From Octopus bimaculoides (Eukaryota), in NCBI RefSeq assembly GCF_001194135.2, contig NC_068995.1, positions 19,696,812 through 19,760,811 of the forward strand: 64,000 nt of DNA. Direction: 5' to 3'. This document shows positions 12,723-26,636 of this stretch, piece after piece. Within the stretch, counting starts at the first letter, position 1. The number at the start of each line of letters is the position of its first letter. A program made the position numbers and the translations under genes. Under the pieces are notes generated by a model. It saw nothing but the letters and a program-made list of their open reading frames with translations. It did not search any database and had not been told where the DNA came from.

Positions 12723-15550
12723 ACAAACAGAACAGTATTAATAACAAGTGGGAGCCGGGGAAATATCTTATCATAACTAATGTTAATGTATGAGAATCTA
12801 TAGATCTTTGCTTCATTATCATAAAAAATCTGACGCATGTGTTCGATTTTGTTCCAAAACAAGGTTACTGCACGAATATGTTTCAGTATATTGAAACCTT
12901 CGACTTCGCCGTTTCGGCAGAATTGTAGATTAGAGATTACCAATTATAGATTAAGTTTGTGGGTTTTCATTGCCAAAACAGGTACTGGATTAAATGATTA
13001 TAATATTTAGTTTTGTCTGGTCACATTCTGATTTCAGATCGTATCATAGCCGACTTAGCATCTAATCCCTCTGAGTTTCATAAAATAGGAAAATAGGATA
13101 TCAGACAATATTGGATTGATATAACTGACCGCCATATCACGGAAATGTGAGAAACTCCGCTATTTGAAATCAATAAACCTTTTAATATCAATGAATTTGC
13201 AGTGAAAGATTGCCGGATTACACACTCTGTACAATTAAGTCTTTTTTACTAGCGCTCAGATTCAGCTGGATCAACATTGTTTTCATCTCTCCGCAGTGAA
13301 AGAATATTGTCAATCATAATATTTAAGATGAATTAATGTGCGTGCGTATATGTGTGGGCTTAGCGATTGAAGGAAAATTGGTGGCTATTTCTAGCAGACT
13401 GTGACTCATGCAGATGTCATGACGGTGAATATATACATTCATTTATTCATTTATTTATTATTTCGTTTTATTTTGAAAAAAGAATTTTAACAACCTCATA
13501 TCCTGCGTAGCATTTCGGCATTTGGGGCATTTGGATGATGAAGGAGTGGACAGTTTGTTAGTAGGACAGACAGATAGGCTCCAGCAGAGCCACTAATTAT
13601 TGGCTCATTGAATTAGAGTTATTCAGAAGAGCGGGGATGAAGCTTGGATTCTACACTTGCAATAATAATAAGAGAAATGATAATAATGAGAAGACGAGAG
13701 ACGAAAAGAGTGTTTATTGGGATTAAGAGCAGGTCAACATGCATACTAACCAAGTGTTTGTTTGTCCACCCATTCGACAGTTCCTTGGCTGGTCAGTGGA
13801 ACTGACTAATATTTTATGATGGATAAACCCTCCTATCTCATTAAATGACAAATGTCAATCAATTAGTACGCTCCGCAAATGTCATATTTGCAGGTCAGAT
13901 AAGATCACGTTTAGTGTCAACTGATGACGATCATTCATTTTCAGACTATTTACACGCATATGTATGTATGTGAATGTATGTGTATGTATGTGTGTATGTA
14001 TGTATGTATGTATGTATGTGTGCATGTATGTATGTATGTATGTACGTACGTATGTACGTNNNNNNNNNNNNNNNNNNNNNNNNNNNNNNNNNNNNNNNNN
14101 NNNNNNNNNNNNNNNNNNNNNNNNNNNNNNNNNNNNNNNNNNNNNNNNNNNNNNNNNNNNNNNNNNNNNNNNNNNNNNNNNNNNNNNNNNNNNNNNNNNN
14201 NNNNNNNNNNNNNNNNNNNNNNNNNNNNNNNNNNNNNNNNNNNNNNNNNNNNNNNNNNNNNNNNNNNNNNNNNNNNNNNNNNNNNNNNNNNNNNNNNNNN
14301 NNNNNNNNNNNNNNNNNNNNNNNNNNNNNNNNNNNNNNNNNNNNNNNNNNNNNNNNNNNNNNNNNNNNNNNNNNNNNNNNNNNNNNNNNNNNNNNNNNNN
14401 NNNNNNNNNNNNNNNNNNNNNNNNNNNNNNNNNNNNNNNNNNNNNNNNNNNNNNNNNNNNNNNNNNNNNNNNNNNNNNNNNNNNNNNNNNNNNNNNNNNN
14501 NNNNNNNNNNNNNNNNNNNNNNNNNNNNNNNNNNNNNNNNNNNNNNNNNNNNNNNNNNNNNNNNNNNNNNNNNNNNNNNNNNNNNNNNNNNNNNNNNNNN
14601 NNNNNNNNNNNNNNNNNNNNNNNNNNNNNNNNNNNNNNNNNNNNNNNNNNNNNNNNNNNNNNNNNNNNNNNNNNNNNNNNNNNNNNNNNNNNNNNNNNNN
14701 NNNNNNNNNNNNNNNNNNNNNNNNNNNNNNNNNNNNNNNNNNNNNNNNNNNNNNNNNNNNNNNNNNNNNNNNNNNNNNNNNNNNNNNNNNNNNNNNNNNN
14801 NNNNNNNNNNNNNNNNNNNNNNNNNNNNNNNNNNNNNNNNNNNNNNNNNNNNNNNNNNNNNNNNNNNNNNNNNNNNNNNNNNNNNNNNNNNNNNNNNNNN
14901 NNNNNNNNNNNNNNNNNNNNNNNNNNNNNNNNNNNNNNNNNNNNNNNNNNNNNNNNNNNNNNNNNNNNNNNNNNNNNNNNNNNNNNNNNNNNNNNNNNNN
15001 NNNNNNNNNNNNNNNNNNNNNNNNNNNNNNNNNNNNTATATATATATATGTATATATATATATATACGCCTAATGTACATATATAAATACATATTATATA
15101 CACACGCAGACATACACACATATATATATACATACATGCATACTTCTGTATATCACTTCCCTCGATTCAAAATTCCAATGTATTTTCATGTAGAGATTCT
15201 GTATATGTTTGCTGGCGGGGAGGCGTGTAGGCTGTGTGTATATGTGTGTATGTACGTATGAATAGATATATTAATGAATGGATGGATGGTTTAGTTGAGT
15301 CAAGATGTCAAAAGATAACGACTTGCTATAATCACTGATACTTTAAATACCAGAGATACTGGAGTGGCAGGGGTTAGTAAAATCCTCAAACTTCTAGCTT
15401 TGACGTTCAAACAATGGCTGTTGACCTCTCTTCGATCGAACTGACTGACGTAGAATAAAAGTTCAGTAAAACATATCAAATACCTAGTGTTTCATACAGG
15501 CCTATGTTAAATAGAGCAAATATCTAGTGAAGCTGCACACACACACACAA

Positions 15551-15581
<31 letters not shown>

Positions 15582-15889
15582 CATACACACACACACACAC
15601 ACACACTCACACACACACATACTCACACTGAAGCGCGTGTAAGTACACACGCAACCACATACGAATATATAAATGTATATATATGTATACATATAAATTT
15701 AATTCACCAAGAGAAATAAATTACTGGACACAATACAAATATACATTATTCTTTAAAGTATTATAACTGAAAGGCTCCGATTTTCAATACTCAGAGTCGC
15801 TCGTTTCCGATACCCAGCTGGTCAGCTGAGCCTGGTTTTCGTTCAAAATATTCATTGCTTGAATATGCTTTGAAATATGTGATCTTTTC

Positions 15890-16630
15890 AGTATGGCTAC
15901 ACATGTGAAAATATTAAAGTTTAGTGAAAGTTTTAAAATTTGGTGTATTGATGTAATTTTCTATGCTGAATCTCATGCTTTATTCACGTTTTTTCCGAAA
16001 ATTTTTTAAAAAGTTACAGCGTTTGAAATTTTGATCGTTTTTACCCAGTCAGAAAACAGGATTTGGAAGTGGCCATTTTGTGCCTGACAGAACGTGTTGT
16101 GAATTGTAAACGAATGAAATATTGATGGAATTCTGCTTTATGCACGCCATATAACCCCTCGTAACTTCTTTATCTTTTGGAATTTTCAGACACTTTTCGC
16201 GAATATGTATTCTACATATGGGAATTCAAAACGTTTATGCAAAAACAACAAAAGAAAAAGAATGTGCTTTATTTAAGGCCTATTTAGTTATTAAGTTTAG
16301 CATAACTCACGACCACCATTTAATAAGCGGAAAATGACTGCTTACTGAGAGCTTGGCTTGTTACCATGCAAACAGGAACCTCTATGTCTGTGACTTGCGA
16401 TTAGCGAAAATTACCTAAAATTTGATAACTTTAAAAGCTATTAACTTTTTATTTATTGATTTATGTGCCAAACGAATTTCATGTTAATGATTACCTCACA
16501 AAACTACACAAATACACCAAATACTTAAAGAAACTGAAAAGTGGTAATCAAGTAGAAAAGATCCGAAATATGAAATGGAAATTTGAAATGCCGCGAAGTA
16601 TTGTTTCTATCTGTTCACTACTTTGCTTAA
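15890..16630. repeat. Unclassified dispersed repeat, copy 2 (same orientation as 7900-8655)
   Basis: Same collinear blocks as copy 1. Confidence 0.55.
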
Positions 16631-17931
16631 CTGGTTATTATATAAACAAAAATGAGCAAACACCAATTGCTCAGTGTGGCTGGTGGCATATCTTTGAACA
16701 TTATAATTAAACCCAGGTATGTCACATACGATTCAAGAAAAATTCTTGATTTACTAAAATGTTCTCCTCCTGGATTAGATGTATCTTAATTACCAAATAA
16801 CAATTAGAAAACAGTCCACCTCATGAAGGGAGATAATCTCAACATTTAAAAAATCTCTATCAAAGAAAAGGACAGGATTTAGTCTGGAGATAATAGAACA
16901 GTCATATACACGCCTTTCTCGCTCAATAGACTTCTACACACACTTTTATCTTAACATTATCTCCTCTTCTTATGTGAAGCAGATCATAGTTGCCATTTGG
17001 TAAATATGTACATCCTCAAGTGGTGCAGATAAATTTAATGAATCAAGATTTTATGTTACATGGTATTCGATATACTTGTATTTAAATATAAATATATATG
17101 TTATATACACACAAACTTACACGCATATATATATACATGCGTATATGTGTGTGTGTGTTTGTGTGTGTGTGTGGGGGGGGGGTGCGTGTGCGTGCGTGTG
17201 CGTATGTGTCCATGTGACCTCTTGCACGTTATATTCTAACAAAGACAGACATTACAATGATATTCATGTCTGATTGAATTATTTCGTCTTACTGCGGTTT
17301 TATTTTATATTTCATATCTTCCCGACTGACGAAATATATAAGGAATCAATTACTCAGTGTCGATATATCCAGTAATCTTTAAAAGAAAGACAACTAAAAT
17401 TTTGAGTGTCCTATTATCAAATCTACTCTAAAACACTGTTTATGTAAGGTTTTGACTGTTTCACCCATTCTTTCACAAATCTGAAAGTCTTTAACTATGA
17501 GATATTCCTGCTAAGGAAGATCCGTATAACATTATAATAAATGTTTCTTCTGATGACTCAAGACAGATCTGATCGTGCGTAATTTTAGGGAGATCTGGTT
17601 GCTACATCTAGCAATTCTAGCAGCTATATACAGCCGTCTATCTTTGGAAGTAAAGCACAACAGAGAATTAAGAAAAAAGTACCAAAAAAAATCATATCAC
17701 AGAGATTGGCATTGCTATTGTAATCTTGCCACTATCTGTGTGTGTACGCACACACAAACACACACAAACACAAACACGCATACATACAAATGCAAACATA
17801 CACACACATATGTGTATTTATGTACCTATAAACATAGGTATATATATATATATATTTATGTAGTCATAATGAAAGATATATATGTATATGCATCTATAAA
17901 CATAGGTATATATATATCTCCCTGTATATGA

Positions 17932-18010
<79 letters not shown>

Positions 18011-18231
18011 NNNNNNNNNNNNNNNNNNNNNNNNNNNNNNNNNNNNNNNNNNNNNNNNNNNNNNNNNNNNNNNNNNNNNNNNNNNNNNNNNNNNNNNNNN
18101 NNNNNNNNNNNNNNNNNNNNNNNNNNNNNNNNNNNNNNNNNNNNNNNNNNNNNNNNNNNNNNNNNNNNNNNNNNNNNNNNNNNNNNNNNNNNNNNNNNNN
18201 NNNNNNNNNNNNNNNNNNNNNNNNNNNNNNN

Positions 18232-18274
<43 letters not shown>

Positions 18275-19024
18275 GTATATGTATATATATGTATGTATGT
18301 ATGTATGTACGTATGTATATATACGGGTGTGTGTGACTGTGTATGTGTCTATACGTATATGCATATGCATATTTAGCGATATGTGTTTTTGTTTCCCTGC
18401 TTTTGTATGTATAATGCATGTATGCATGCTTATATATTGTGTGTATACCCGTGAGATATCTGTGTATATGTGCGTATATCAATAATGTACAACGTATGTT
18501 TTGTTTTGCATATACAAATACATGCACATATGCGCTCTGACACGCATACACGTACACACACACATACATGCACGCATACAAGTTTCTATAAATATGTATT
18601 TGTTATATATTATATATTCTTGACCTTACAGGAAGAAATAGGAAACATTTCTATTCGTTCCCCATGCAGTAAATCAAAACCACTATAGCTGACTATCAAA
18701 TGTTTATTCAAACTCTGTAGACCCTAATCTCTTCACAATGTGTCACACAATTCCTATTGTTATTTCACTTTTGAAATCCTATTGATGTCAATATTGTCTG
18801 TTTTTATATTCATGGAGTCGATAGAAGTACCTGTTACATGCTGTAGGTCGATAAAATTTTCCGCTTTCTCCCGGAAAATTACTTCACGATATTTACTCAA
18901 GCTGTTTATGTTTTCATTTCCCATCATGATCAGCTTTGTATTTCATCCATTTATGGGGAGGGCATAAAATATTATAGCAGTCAAGTATTGGAAACAATTT
19001 TATTTAGTAACCCTTAAAAGTTAT

Positions 19025-19802
19025 TGGTGAGACAAACGCTACCGGCACGTAAGTGCCGTCAGCCGGGCCTGCCCGAGATGCGCTCAGTACGACGAAACCG
19101 TTCTGCACGTACTCGTCCAATTCCCGACTATTGCTGACCTGTGGGTTTATGTCGAACAGCTACTGTCACGTATAGGACGGATCCGGCTATCAGCTGAATC
19201 CATCGTGAAGATTGACCCGCTGATCTCCTTTAACCGGGAGGGCGAGGCAATTTTCCTATGTCTAGTGGCTGTAGCAAAAGAGGTGGTATGGTGAACCCGT
19301 TTAAAAGGGCTAAAGTCAGACACTTTTCTTTGGCCAAGGCCTCATCAACTTTTTCAAGTTTCACTTGAAAAGCAAGATGAGAGTAGAGAGAGAAGTGCTG
19401 TCTCATAGCAAATTCGTTGAAAGATGGGTGGCTGTTGGAAGAATGGCCAGTATAAACGGACCAATTCTGAGAATACACCTGTAGAAAAAAAAAGGAAAAA
19501 AAAAAGGTAATGTAAAAGGAGAAAGGGCTTTATACCCCTTTCTTATTTTTTCTGACCAGGCTCCCGTGGTTTTATGGGTTTTTCCACATGTAACCTTTCC
19601 TTTTTCGAAGCGCCTCTCCATTTTGCAATTCCACTTATTTATTTATCTATTTATTTATCTATTTATTTATATCTTTCTCCGTTTTCTTCCTCTGTTTAGA
19701 CGAACTTTCCTACCTTTTCGGACAAAACCTTTTGTAACCTTCGTCCTGTCTTTGTCCTTATATGTTTTTAATTGATATTAGCCCTTGTGGCCAATAAAAC
19801 GA

Positions 19803-19805
<3 letters not shown>
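19025..19805 (+). mobile_element. 5'-truncated L1-clade (Tx1-like) LINE: zf-RVT C-terminus and 3' UTR
   Basis: KRYRHVSAVSRACPRCAQYDETVLHVLVQ(F)P.IADLWVYVEQLLSR...AVAKEVVW*TRLKG...FFKFHLKSKMRVERE.LS..KFVERW (CxxC..ET..H motif). Stop at 19482-19484, AATAAA, then (TTA)n. Confidence 0.8.
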
Positions 19806-19866
<61 letters not shown>

Positions 19867-21079
19867 GCTATTGTTGTCATCGTCGTTGTTGTCATCATCA
19901 CTGGAGTAGTTTTCAACAAACACGCCTTTTACAAGCGCAAGATTTTCTGAAAAATATCCAGTTACTTTCCAAATTCGATAGATTTTTTATTTATTTATAT
20001 ATTTATTTATTTATTTTTGTGAAGTGCTTGTGGACCTCTTTGTACAGACTTGTACATTGTCTTCCCTTCTGAATTCTGTCTTTGTAGGTAAACAAGATTT
20101 TAAATTTTGAAATTTTTGATTTTTCTTCGGACAATTTCAAAAATAGATATAGTAAACGTAGCAACCAGTGAGTTGATGGTAGCAAGGTCACAAAAAATAT
20201 GGTAGCCCCATTAACGATTTGCATGAAATTAGAAGAGTAAATGATAGTTGACGAAAGCCAAACATTTAACAACAACTTTCCCAGCATGGCCACCCAGAAT
20301 GCTTCGAGCGAAGTGACTTCTTGCTTGAGTTACACATCCATGAACGGGCGAAGTGAGAAGTGACGTATTGAGTGTTGAAAGAAGAGACCAAAACAAAAAA
20401 GATTAAAAGTAAAAGAAGCGGCATCTATTTGCGATGGATGCGTAAATGGTAGTGGCGTCAAAAGTCGGAATGGTGTGCGTATGGCAATTGTGGTGGCGAT
20501 GGTGGTGTTACTAGTGATACTGATGGTTGAAAACAATCTACAGAAAGAGCGCGCGCGAGAGAGAGAGAGAGAGAAGAAACAATTGTACTGACTCCCGAAT
20601 GAGAAGACAAAATATGTTGTTTATCATGCAGCTTTGCAATAAGTTCCAAGTCGACATCATATATCATTGTTTTGATAAAAATTGTTCATTGCTTGAAAAA
20701 TATTGTTCAAGTTTAATAAAATATATGTACTCAATGCATAACGTATCATTATTGGGCTCAAGTCCCAATGAAGAGCCTCCTATCGGGCGGCTTTAAGCTA
20801 GTATGCTAGTATATNNNNNNNNNNNNNNNNNNNNNNNNNNNNNNNNNNNNNNNNNNNNNNNNNNNNNNNNNNNNNNNNNNNNNNNNNNNNNNNNNNNNNN
20901 NNNNNNNNNNNNNNNNNNNNNNNNNNNNNNNNNNNNNNNNNNNNNNNNNNNNNNNNNNNNNNNNNNNNNNNNNNNNNNNNNNNNNNNNNNNNNNNNNNNN
21001 NNNNNNNNNNNNNNNNNNNNNNNNNNNNNNNNNNNNNNNNNNNNNNNNNNNNNNNNNNNNNNNNNNNNNNNNNNNNNNN

Positions 21080-21470
21080 CGAGCCTACACTCTTCCACAG
21101 AAAGGAACACAGAAAGAAACAAAGAGAGAAACAAGGAGAGAAAAAAATGTGTGTAGTGGTTAGCGATCTATCATGGCGAATGCCGGACAGAAGGGTCAGA
21201 CAGGAGAGTTAAGAAGAAGGGGAGATAACAAAGTAGTAGTGATCGCAACACGAAGGTGCGCGTGTGTGAAAGAGTGCTGGTGATCTTGACCTGTGCACGT
21301 GTGTATGTGTAGGTGCGAAAATGTGGGGATGGGAATTGATCAGTGCTGGTGAGTGCGTGGCGGTGTGTTGTGATGTGATGTGTTGTGTGGTGTAGCGTGG
21401 TGTTGTGTGATAGTGTTGGGAGGTAGGTGAGGCGAGAGTGGGGAAAGCACGGGTGGAGTGCGGGTTATAT
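21080..21470 (-). mobile_element. Penelope-type terminal-repeat-like element carrying a hammerhead-like motif (cut by an N-gap)
   Basis: Minus strand reads CATGATAGATCGCTAACCA..TTTTTTCTCTCCTTG..CTTTCTGTGGAAGAGTGTAGGCTCG, matching the copy at 58885-59075. The PLE link is inferred. Confidence 0.55.
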
Positions 21471-23044
21471 ATATACAGATAGATAGATAGCTAGAAAGAG
21501 AGAGAGTCATAGATAGAGACAGGCAGACAGATCTCTATAATTATCATTCAAGGGTGGCTCGTTGTGTGCGTGTGTCAAATAAAAACCAAGCCTCATCTGC
21601 AATAACAGTTCATACGGAATAATTCGTGTAGAAGTTGAAAAGAAGTCGTTCTCACACACAGTTTGTGTCACCGAGAGGCGAAGTTATTAAAAATATTATT
21701 GATACTTCTGGAATAAATCTTGTGCGTTACATGAAACATACGCACGCGCGTGCGTGCGCGCACATGTATATGTATGCATACACATATGTGTAAACATACA
21801 CATATGTATATGTGTGTGTGTGCGCGCGCATATATATGTATATACATATGAATGCGTCTCTTTCCTTCTTTCTCTTTTTTAATATTTTTTGACATATTAG
21901 TGCGTTTGTATTTTCGTATTCGTTTGCAAGCGTACTCACAAGTGGAAATGTGTGCACGTATGTATAAGCATGTGCGTGTATATATATGCATATATATATA
22001 TGTATATATGTATGTGTGCATGTGATGATGTTAGGAGACAATTAAAATTGTGATCTCCCAATATAATTACTAAAATTAAACGACGTTAACATTATGATGA
22101 GTGTGGACATCATGTTGTGAATAACATCATCTAAAACGCAACAGCTCAGAGAGGTTTCTTCAATAAGTGTCAGGTGTATATTGAAAATTGGCACAAAACC
22201 GATCAGGTTTTCTTTGCCATCTAGGAATGGCTGCTTTAGCTATCGAATTAGCTTGGAACTACTTCTAAAGTTGAAATCTGGTTGTCACGCAAAATATAAA
22301 CTTTCTCAGTTTGACATTACTAAAAACAGATTATTATTTTTTTTTTATTTTGTTTTTGTTGTTACTTCGATTAATGTCTTCTATATTTCTTTATGCTTGG
22401 ATGGTAGTACAATCGTGGTTACTGAAGGAAATATATTAGTCAGTCTGTTATATTATTCTTCTAAGTTCAAATCTCACAAATGTTGACTTTGGATTTAATC
22501 TCAATTTCTTTTTTACAATATACAGTACTATCATAAACATCATCATCATCAACGTTCTGTTTCCCGTCTTTGTCATCTTCATCGTCAGCTGCTATAGATA
22601 TTAAAGTGAGAAAATATCTACGTAATAACTCAGATTGTTGGATATTTACGTTAAATCACAAACCAAAATCTTATATAAGACAGTAACATACTCGATTTAG
22701 ATAACCCTAAACTGTAGGATGGTCCTTACAGGAAACCCTTTGACTAGAGAGCTCTTCAATCAGGATCCCGTTTTTAAAAACCATATCAGTTGCGTGTGTC
22801 AATGAGGGAGCTTCTCCTTGGCCAATCGAACACTTAGATATACCAGCCAAATTTCCCTCAAAAGTGAATGGAAGGGGAAAATTCAATGTTTCTCTGAACG
22901 TTAAAAGTTCAGATACGGATCATCATGGCTGCAGCATATTCTATTATAGCTCTGCGCAGTGCGAGTTTCGCTAGCGCTATAGACAAAATAACTAGTAGAA
23001 TATCAATAGAAACTACAATCTCAAAGAATCATTAAATCTGCATA

Positions 23045-23948
23045 CGTGGTCCGATCAATAAGTATTCGGACTATTACCATAGTAACGAAGCTAAAGCACG
23101 CAGAGTAAAGCTGCTTGGTACAGATTGACCTTGATTTTTGCTGCGCATGTGCAATAAGCTTTAACGTTCTAGCTTACTTCTGCTGTTTACAATGCTTGGA
23201 AGACAGGTGTGTAGCGCGTGATCGTCGCATTGAACATGACAGGGTAAGTTGAGCAGAGAATCTACTTCGAATCTTGCCAAAAGCTTAGTGATACCTGCTA
23301 AGAGGCCTATGCAAAGTTCTCAAACACTTTCATCATTCTCGAGTCACTCAAGAGGATCTTGTGCAACTCAAACCCGAGTGCTTTCTTGGTCAGCTGAAAG
23401 CAGTTTTGGCACAAACTTAGCAGACATGCATCTCATACCCATATATTCACTGATAATGGGCGGAACTGAACTGTAATTAATCTTCACATTCTCTGATCAC
23501 TCAGGGATGGTGATTCGGCTATTTTCCCTCACAGCTACATGCACATCTGCAATGTTGTTCTCAGCTCTGCTGGTTGAGGGTCTCCCAGAACATTCGTCAA
23601 TATCGACATTTTGTCGCCCATCTTGGAAACGCCTGAACCACTCGTACACTTTTGTGCGGTTCATACATTCTTCTGTATACACTTTCTGCAGCTTTGAGTA
23701 GGCCTCTGACTAGGTATCGCCAGTCAGAGACTTTCTCTGTCATGGTCAATGCAACAATCACACGCAACACACCTTCCTTGCAAGCACTGCTGTAAACTGC
23801 AGTAGTGAGCTAGAACGTTAAAGCTTAGTGCACATGCACAGCAGAGTCCAAGGTGAGTCCAAGGTCAACCTGTGCCTAGTGACTTTACTCTGCGTGCTTT
23901 AGCTTCGTTACTATGGAGACAGTCCTGATACTTATTGATCAGAGCTCA
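23045..23948. mobile_element. Non-autonomous mariner (DD34D-type N-terminus) built from two opposed 5' ends
   Basis: TA at both flanks (23043-44 and 23949-50). Inverted arms of about 260-280 bp start CG(T/A)G.TC.GATCAATAAGTAT..GGACT. The minus arm encodes EAYSKLQKVYTEECMNRTKVYEWFRRFQDGRQNV..DE.SGRPSTS...SAKFVPKLLS. Confidence 0.85.
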
Positions 23949-23985
23949 TATTTATCAAATCTGAGCGTTTTAAAAAATAATCATT

Positions 23986-24151
23986 AGGAGTGCCTGTGTG
24001 GTACGTAGCTTGCTAACGAACCACATGGTTCCGGGTTCAGTCCCACTGTGTGGCACCTTGAGCAAGTGTCTTCTACTATACCGTCGGGCTGATCAAAGCC
24101 TTGTGAGTGGATTTGGTAGACGGAAACTGAAAGAAGCCTGTCGTATATATG

Positions 24152-24183
<32 letters not shown>

Positions 24184-24490
24184 NNNNNNNNNNNNNNNNN
24201 NNNNNNNNNNNNNNNNNNNNNNNNNNNNNNNNNNNNNNNNNNNNNNNNNNNNNNNNNNNNNNNNNNNNNNNNNNNNNNNNNNNNNNNNNNNNNNNNNNNN
24301 NGTGTGTGTGTATGTGTGTGTGTGTGTGCGTGTGTGTGTGTCTGTGTTAGTCCCCCAACATCGCTTGACAACCGATAGAATAAGTACTAGGCTTACAAAG
24401 AATAAGTCCTGGGGTTGATTTGCTCAACTAAGCGCGGTGCTCCAGCATGGCCATAGTCAAATGACTGAAACAGGTAAAAGAGTAAAAGAG
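23986..24490 (+). mobile_element. tRNA-derived SINE family C, full length with an internal microsatellite and gap
   Basis: Head GTGTGGTA.G.AGCTTGCT..GGGTTCAGTCCCACTG.GTGGCACCTTG.GCAAGTGTCTTCTACTATA; tail GCGGTGCTCCAGCATGGCC..AGTCAAATGACTGAAACA.GTAAAAGAGTAAAAGAG. Confidence 0.9.
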
Positions 24491-24647
24491 TTGTTATCGT
24501 TGCTCTTATTGTTGATTTTTAGCCCTAGTACATCCACGAGGGAACATGTTTACAATTTAATGCATTCTAGCCGTGACCATCCTACATCTGCAACGCCATC
24601 CTCTCATTCATTACGAGTACGCTGTATTTAAATATCATAAATAGCTT

Positions 24648-24775
24648 TAAGGCAGTGACATGACGGAATTGTTAGCATGCCGGCCAAAACTCTAAGCGGC
24701 ATTTCGTCCGTCTTCAAATTCTGAGTTCAATTTCCGCCGAGGTTGACTTTGACTTTCATCTTTTCGGATGATAAT
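24648..24775 (+). mobile_element. Family A SINE, 5' half
   Basis: AAGGCAGTGA..GGAATTGTTAGCA.GCCGG..CTGAGTTCAATTTCCGCCGAGGTTGACTTTG. Confidence 0.75.
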
Positions 24776-25252
24776 AATGACGATGATGCACTGTTTATAA
24801 TGTACTAAATACAAATTAAATTGAGATTAAACCCAAAGATATATTTGTGAACATTTGATCCTGTGCATGTTGAAGTTGAATGAATGCCCTTCGTCTCTCA
24901 CTGTGGTGGAGACTGGATCCAGTGTTAAAGAGAAGATGTTCAATCATTACTCATGATGAACGTTGATATTTGACTTGAACAATCTGAATAGACGTAGCTC
25001 AGTGTTTGCAGAAAATGCTTATACAGGGAGATAATTCCAAATAATTCTTGTTCTTGAAAATAAGTATTATGGAAGGCGAGTCACTGTTACTGTGAGGAAA
25101 AGAGTGGGAAGGGAGATTCTCCGGCTCTGTGTAGAGACTATAAGAAGTTAGCAAAATCAGAAGGACAAAATTTGTGTATCTGTATAAGTACTATACTGTA
25201 ACTCTACATATGCCCCTGGGTTTCGTCTGTTATTTTCATCTGTCGTTTAAAT

Positions 25253-25668
25253 GTTTCAGTCATTGGACTGCAGCCATGCCAAGGTACTGCCTTGAAGAAC
25301 TTTTAGTCCCTGAATCGATACCAGTACTTGTTTTTTTCTTTTAAGTCTGATACTTATGCTACCGGTCGCTTTTTACCGCGTCGCTAAGTTATGTGGACGT
25401 AAACAAAGCAACACCAGTTGAAAAGCTATTGTGGGGGAGAAGCGCAGACACAAATACACATACACATACATACGCACGTACACACATATACACACGCACA
25501 GACGCATGTGTGCGTGTACGATGAGGCTTCTTTCGGTTTCTGTCTACCTAATCCACTCACAACGCTTTGGTCGGGCCGAGTAGAAGACATTTGACCAAAG
25601 TGCCAAGCAGTGGGACTGAACGCGGAACCATGTGATTGGGAAGCAAGCTTCTTACCACAGAACCACAA
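25253..25668 (-). mobile_element. SINE family C
   Basis: Reverse complement of both the family C tail (GTTTCAGTCATTGGACTGCAGCCATG) and head (CAGTGGGACTGAAC.CGGAACCATGTG). Confidence 0.85.
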
Positions 25669-26255
25669 TAAGTGTATTCCCTTTATCCACGGCAAGCGCT
25701 CACATACACACACACAAACACACAGGAAAAGACAGACTGAATGGGGGAGAGAGATAAGCTTAGAGCAACTTGTACGTACTACAATGATAAACAGGCACTG
25801 CCGATAGTCATTTCCATATTAATTGATTCTTTGTAAGCGAATAAATTAACTTAAGTTTTCAGACATTTTTTTTTTTTAGATAATTTGCAAATTAATGTTG
25901 ATGAATACGTTTAATAAACATGCACAGCCGCGCTGAGGAAGACAAACCACGTGGTATACGTGGGGACGCTCTGTTTATTAATGTATGCAGGAAATATATT
26001 TATACCTTATCTATATACATACATACANNNNNNNNNNNNNNNNNNNNNNNNNNNNNNNNNNNNNNNNNNNNNNNNNNNNNNNNNNNNNNNNNNNNNNNNN
26101 NNNNNNNNNNNNNNNNNNNNNNNNNNNNNNNNNNNNNNNNNNNNNNNNNNNNNNNNNNNNNNNNNNNNNNNNNNNNNNNNNNNNNNNNNNNNNNNTATAT
26201 ATATTATATATGTATGTATGTATATAGATAAGGTATAAATATATTTCCTGCATAC

Positions 26256-26290
<35 letters not shown>

Positions 26291-26592
26291 CCATAACACA
26301 TACACATGTACGCACATAAACACGCACATGCATACGTATATATCTCCACACTGACTTCTATGCATGCACATACTAAAACATGCAATAATCACACACGCAG
26401 TAACACATATATATAAAACGGACTCATATTTACATGTTTATACATTTGTCTCTTTGTGTTTATTGTCTTTATATATTTGTCTCTTTGTGTTTATGCAGCA
26501 GAGTGTGACTGAGGAAGTAAGTGAGAGAGAGGGAGAGATCTAGAATGAAAAATGTGGGACGAAGAATTAATACTCAGAGATGATATATATAT

Positions 26593-26636
<44 letters not shown>

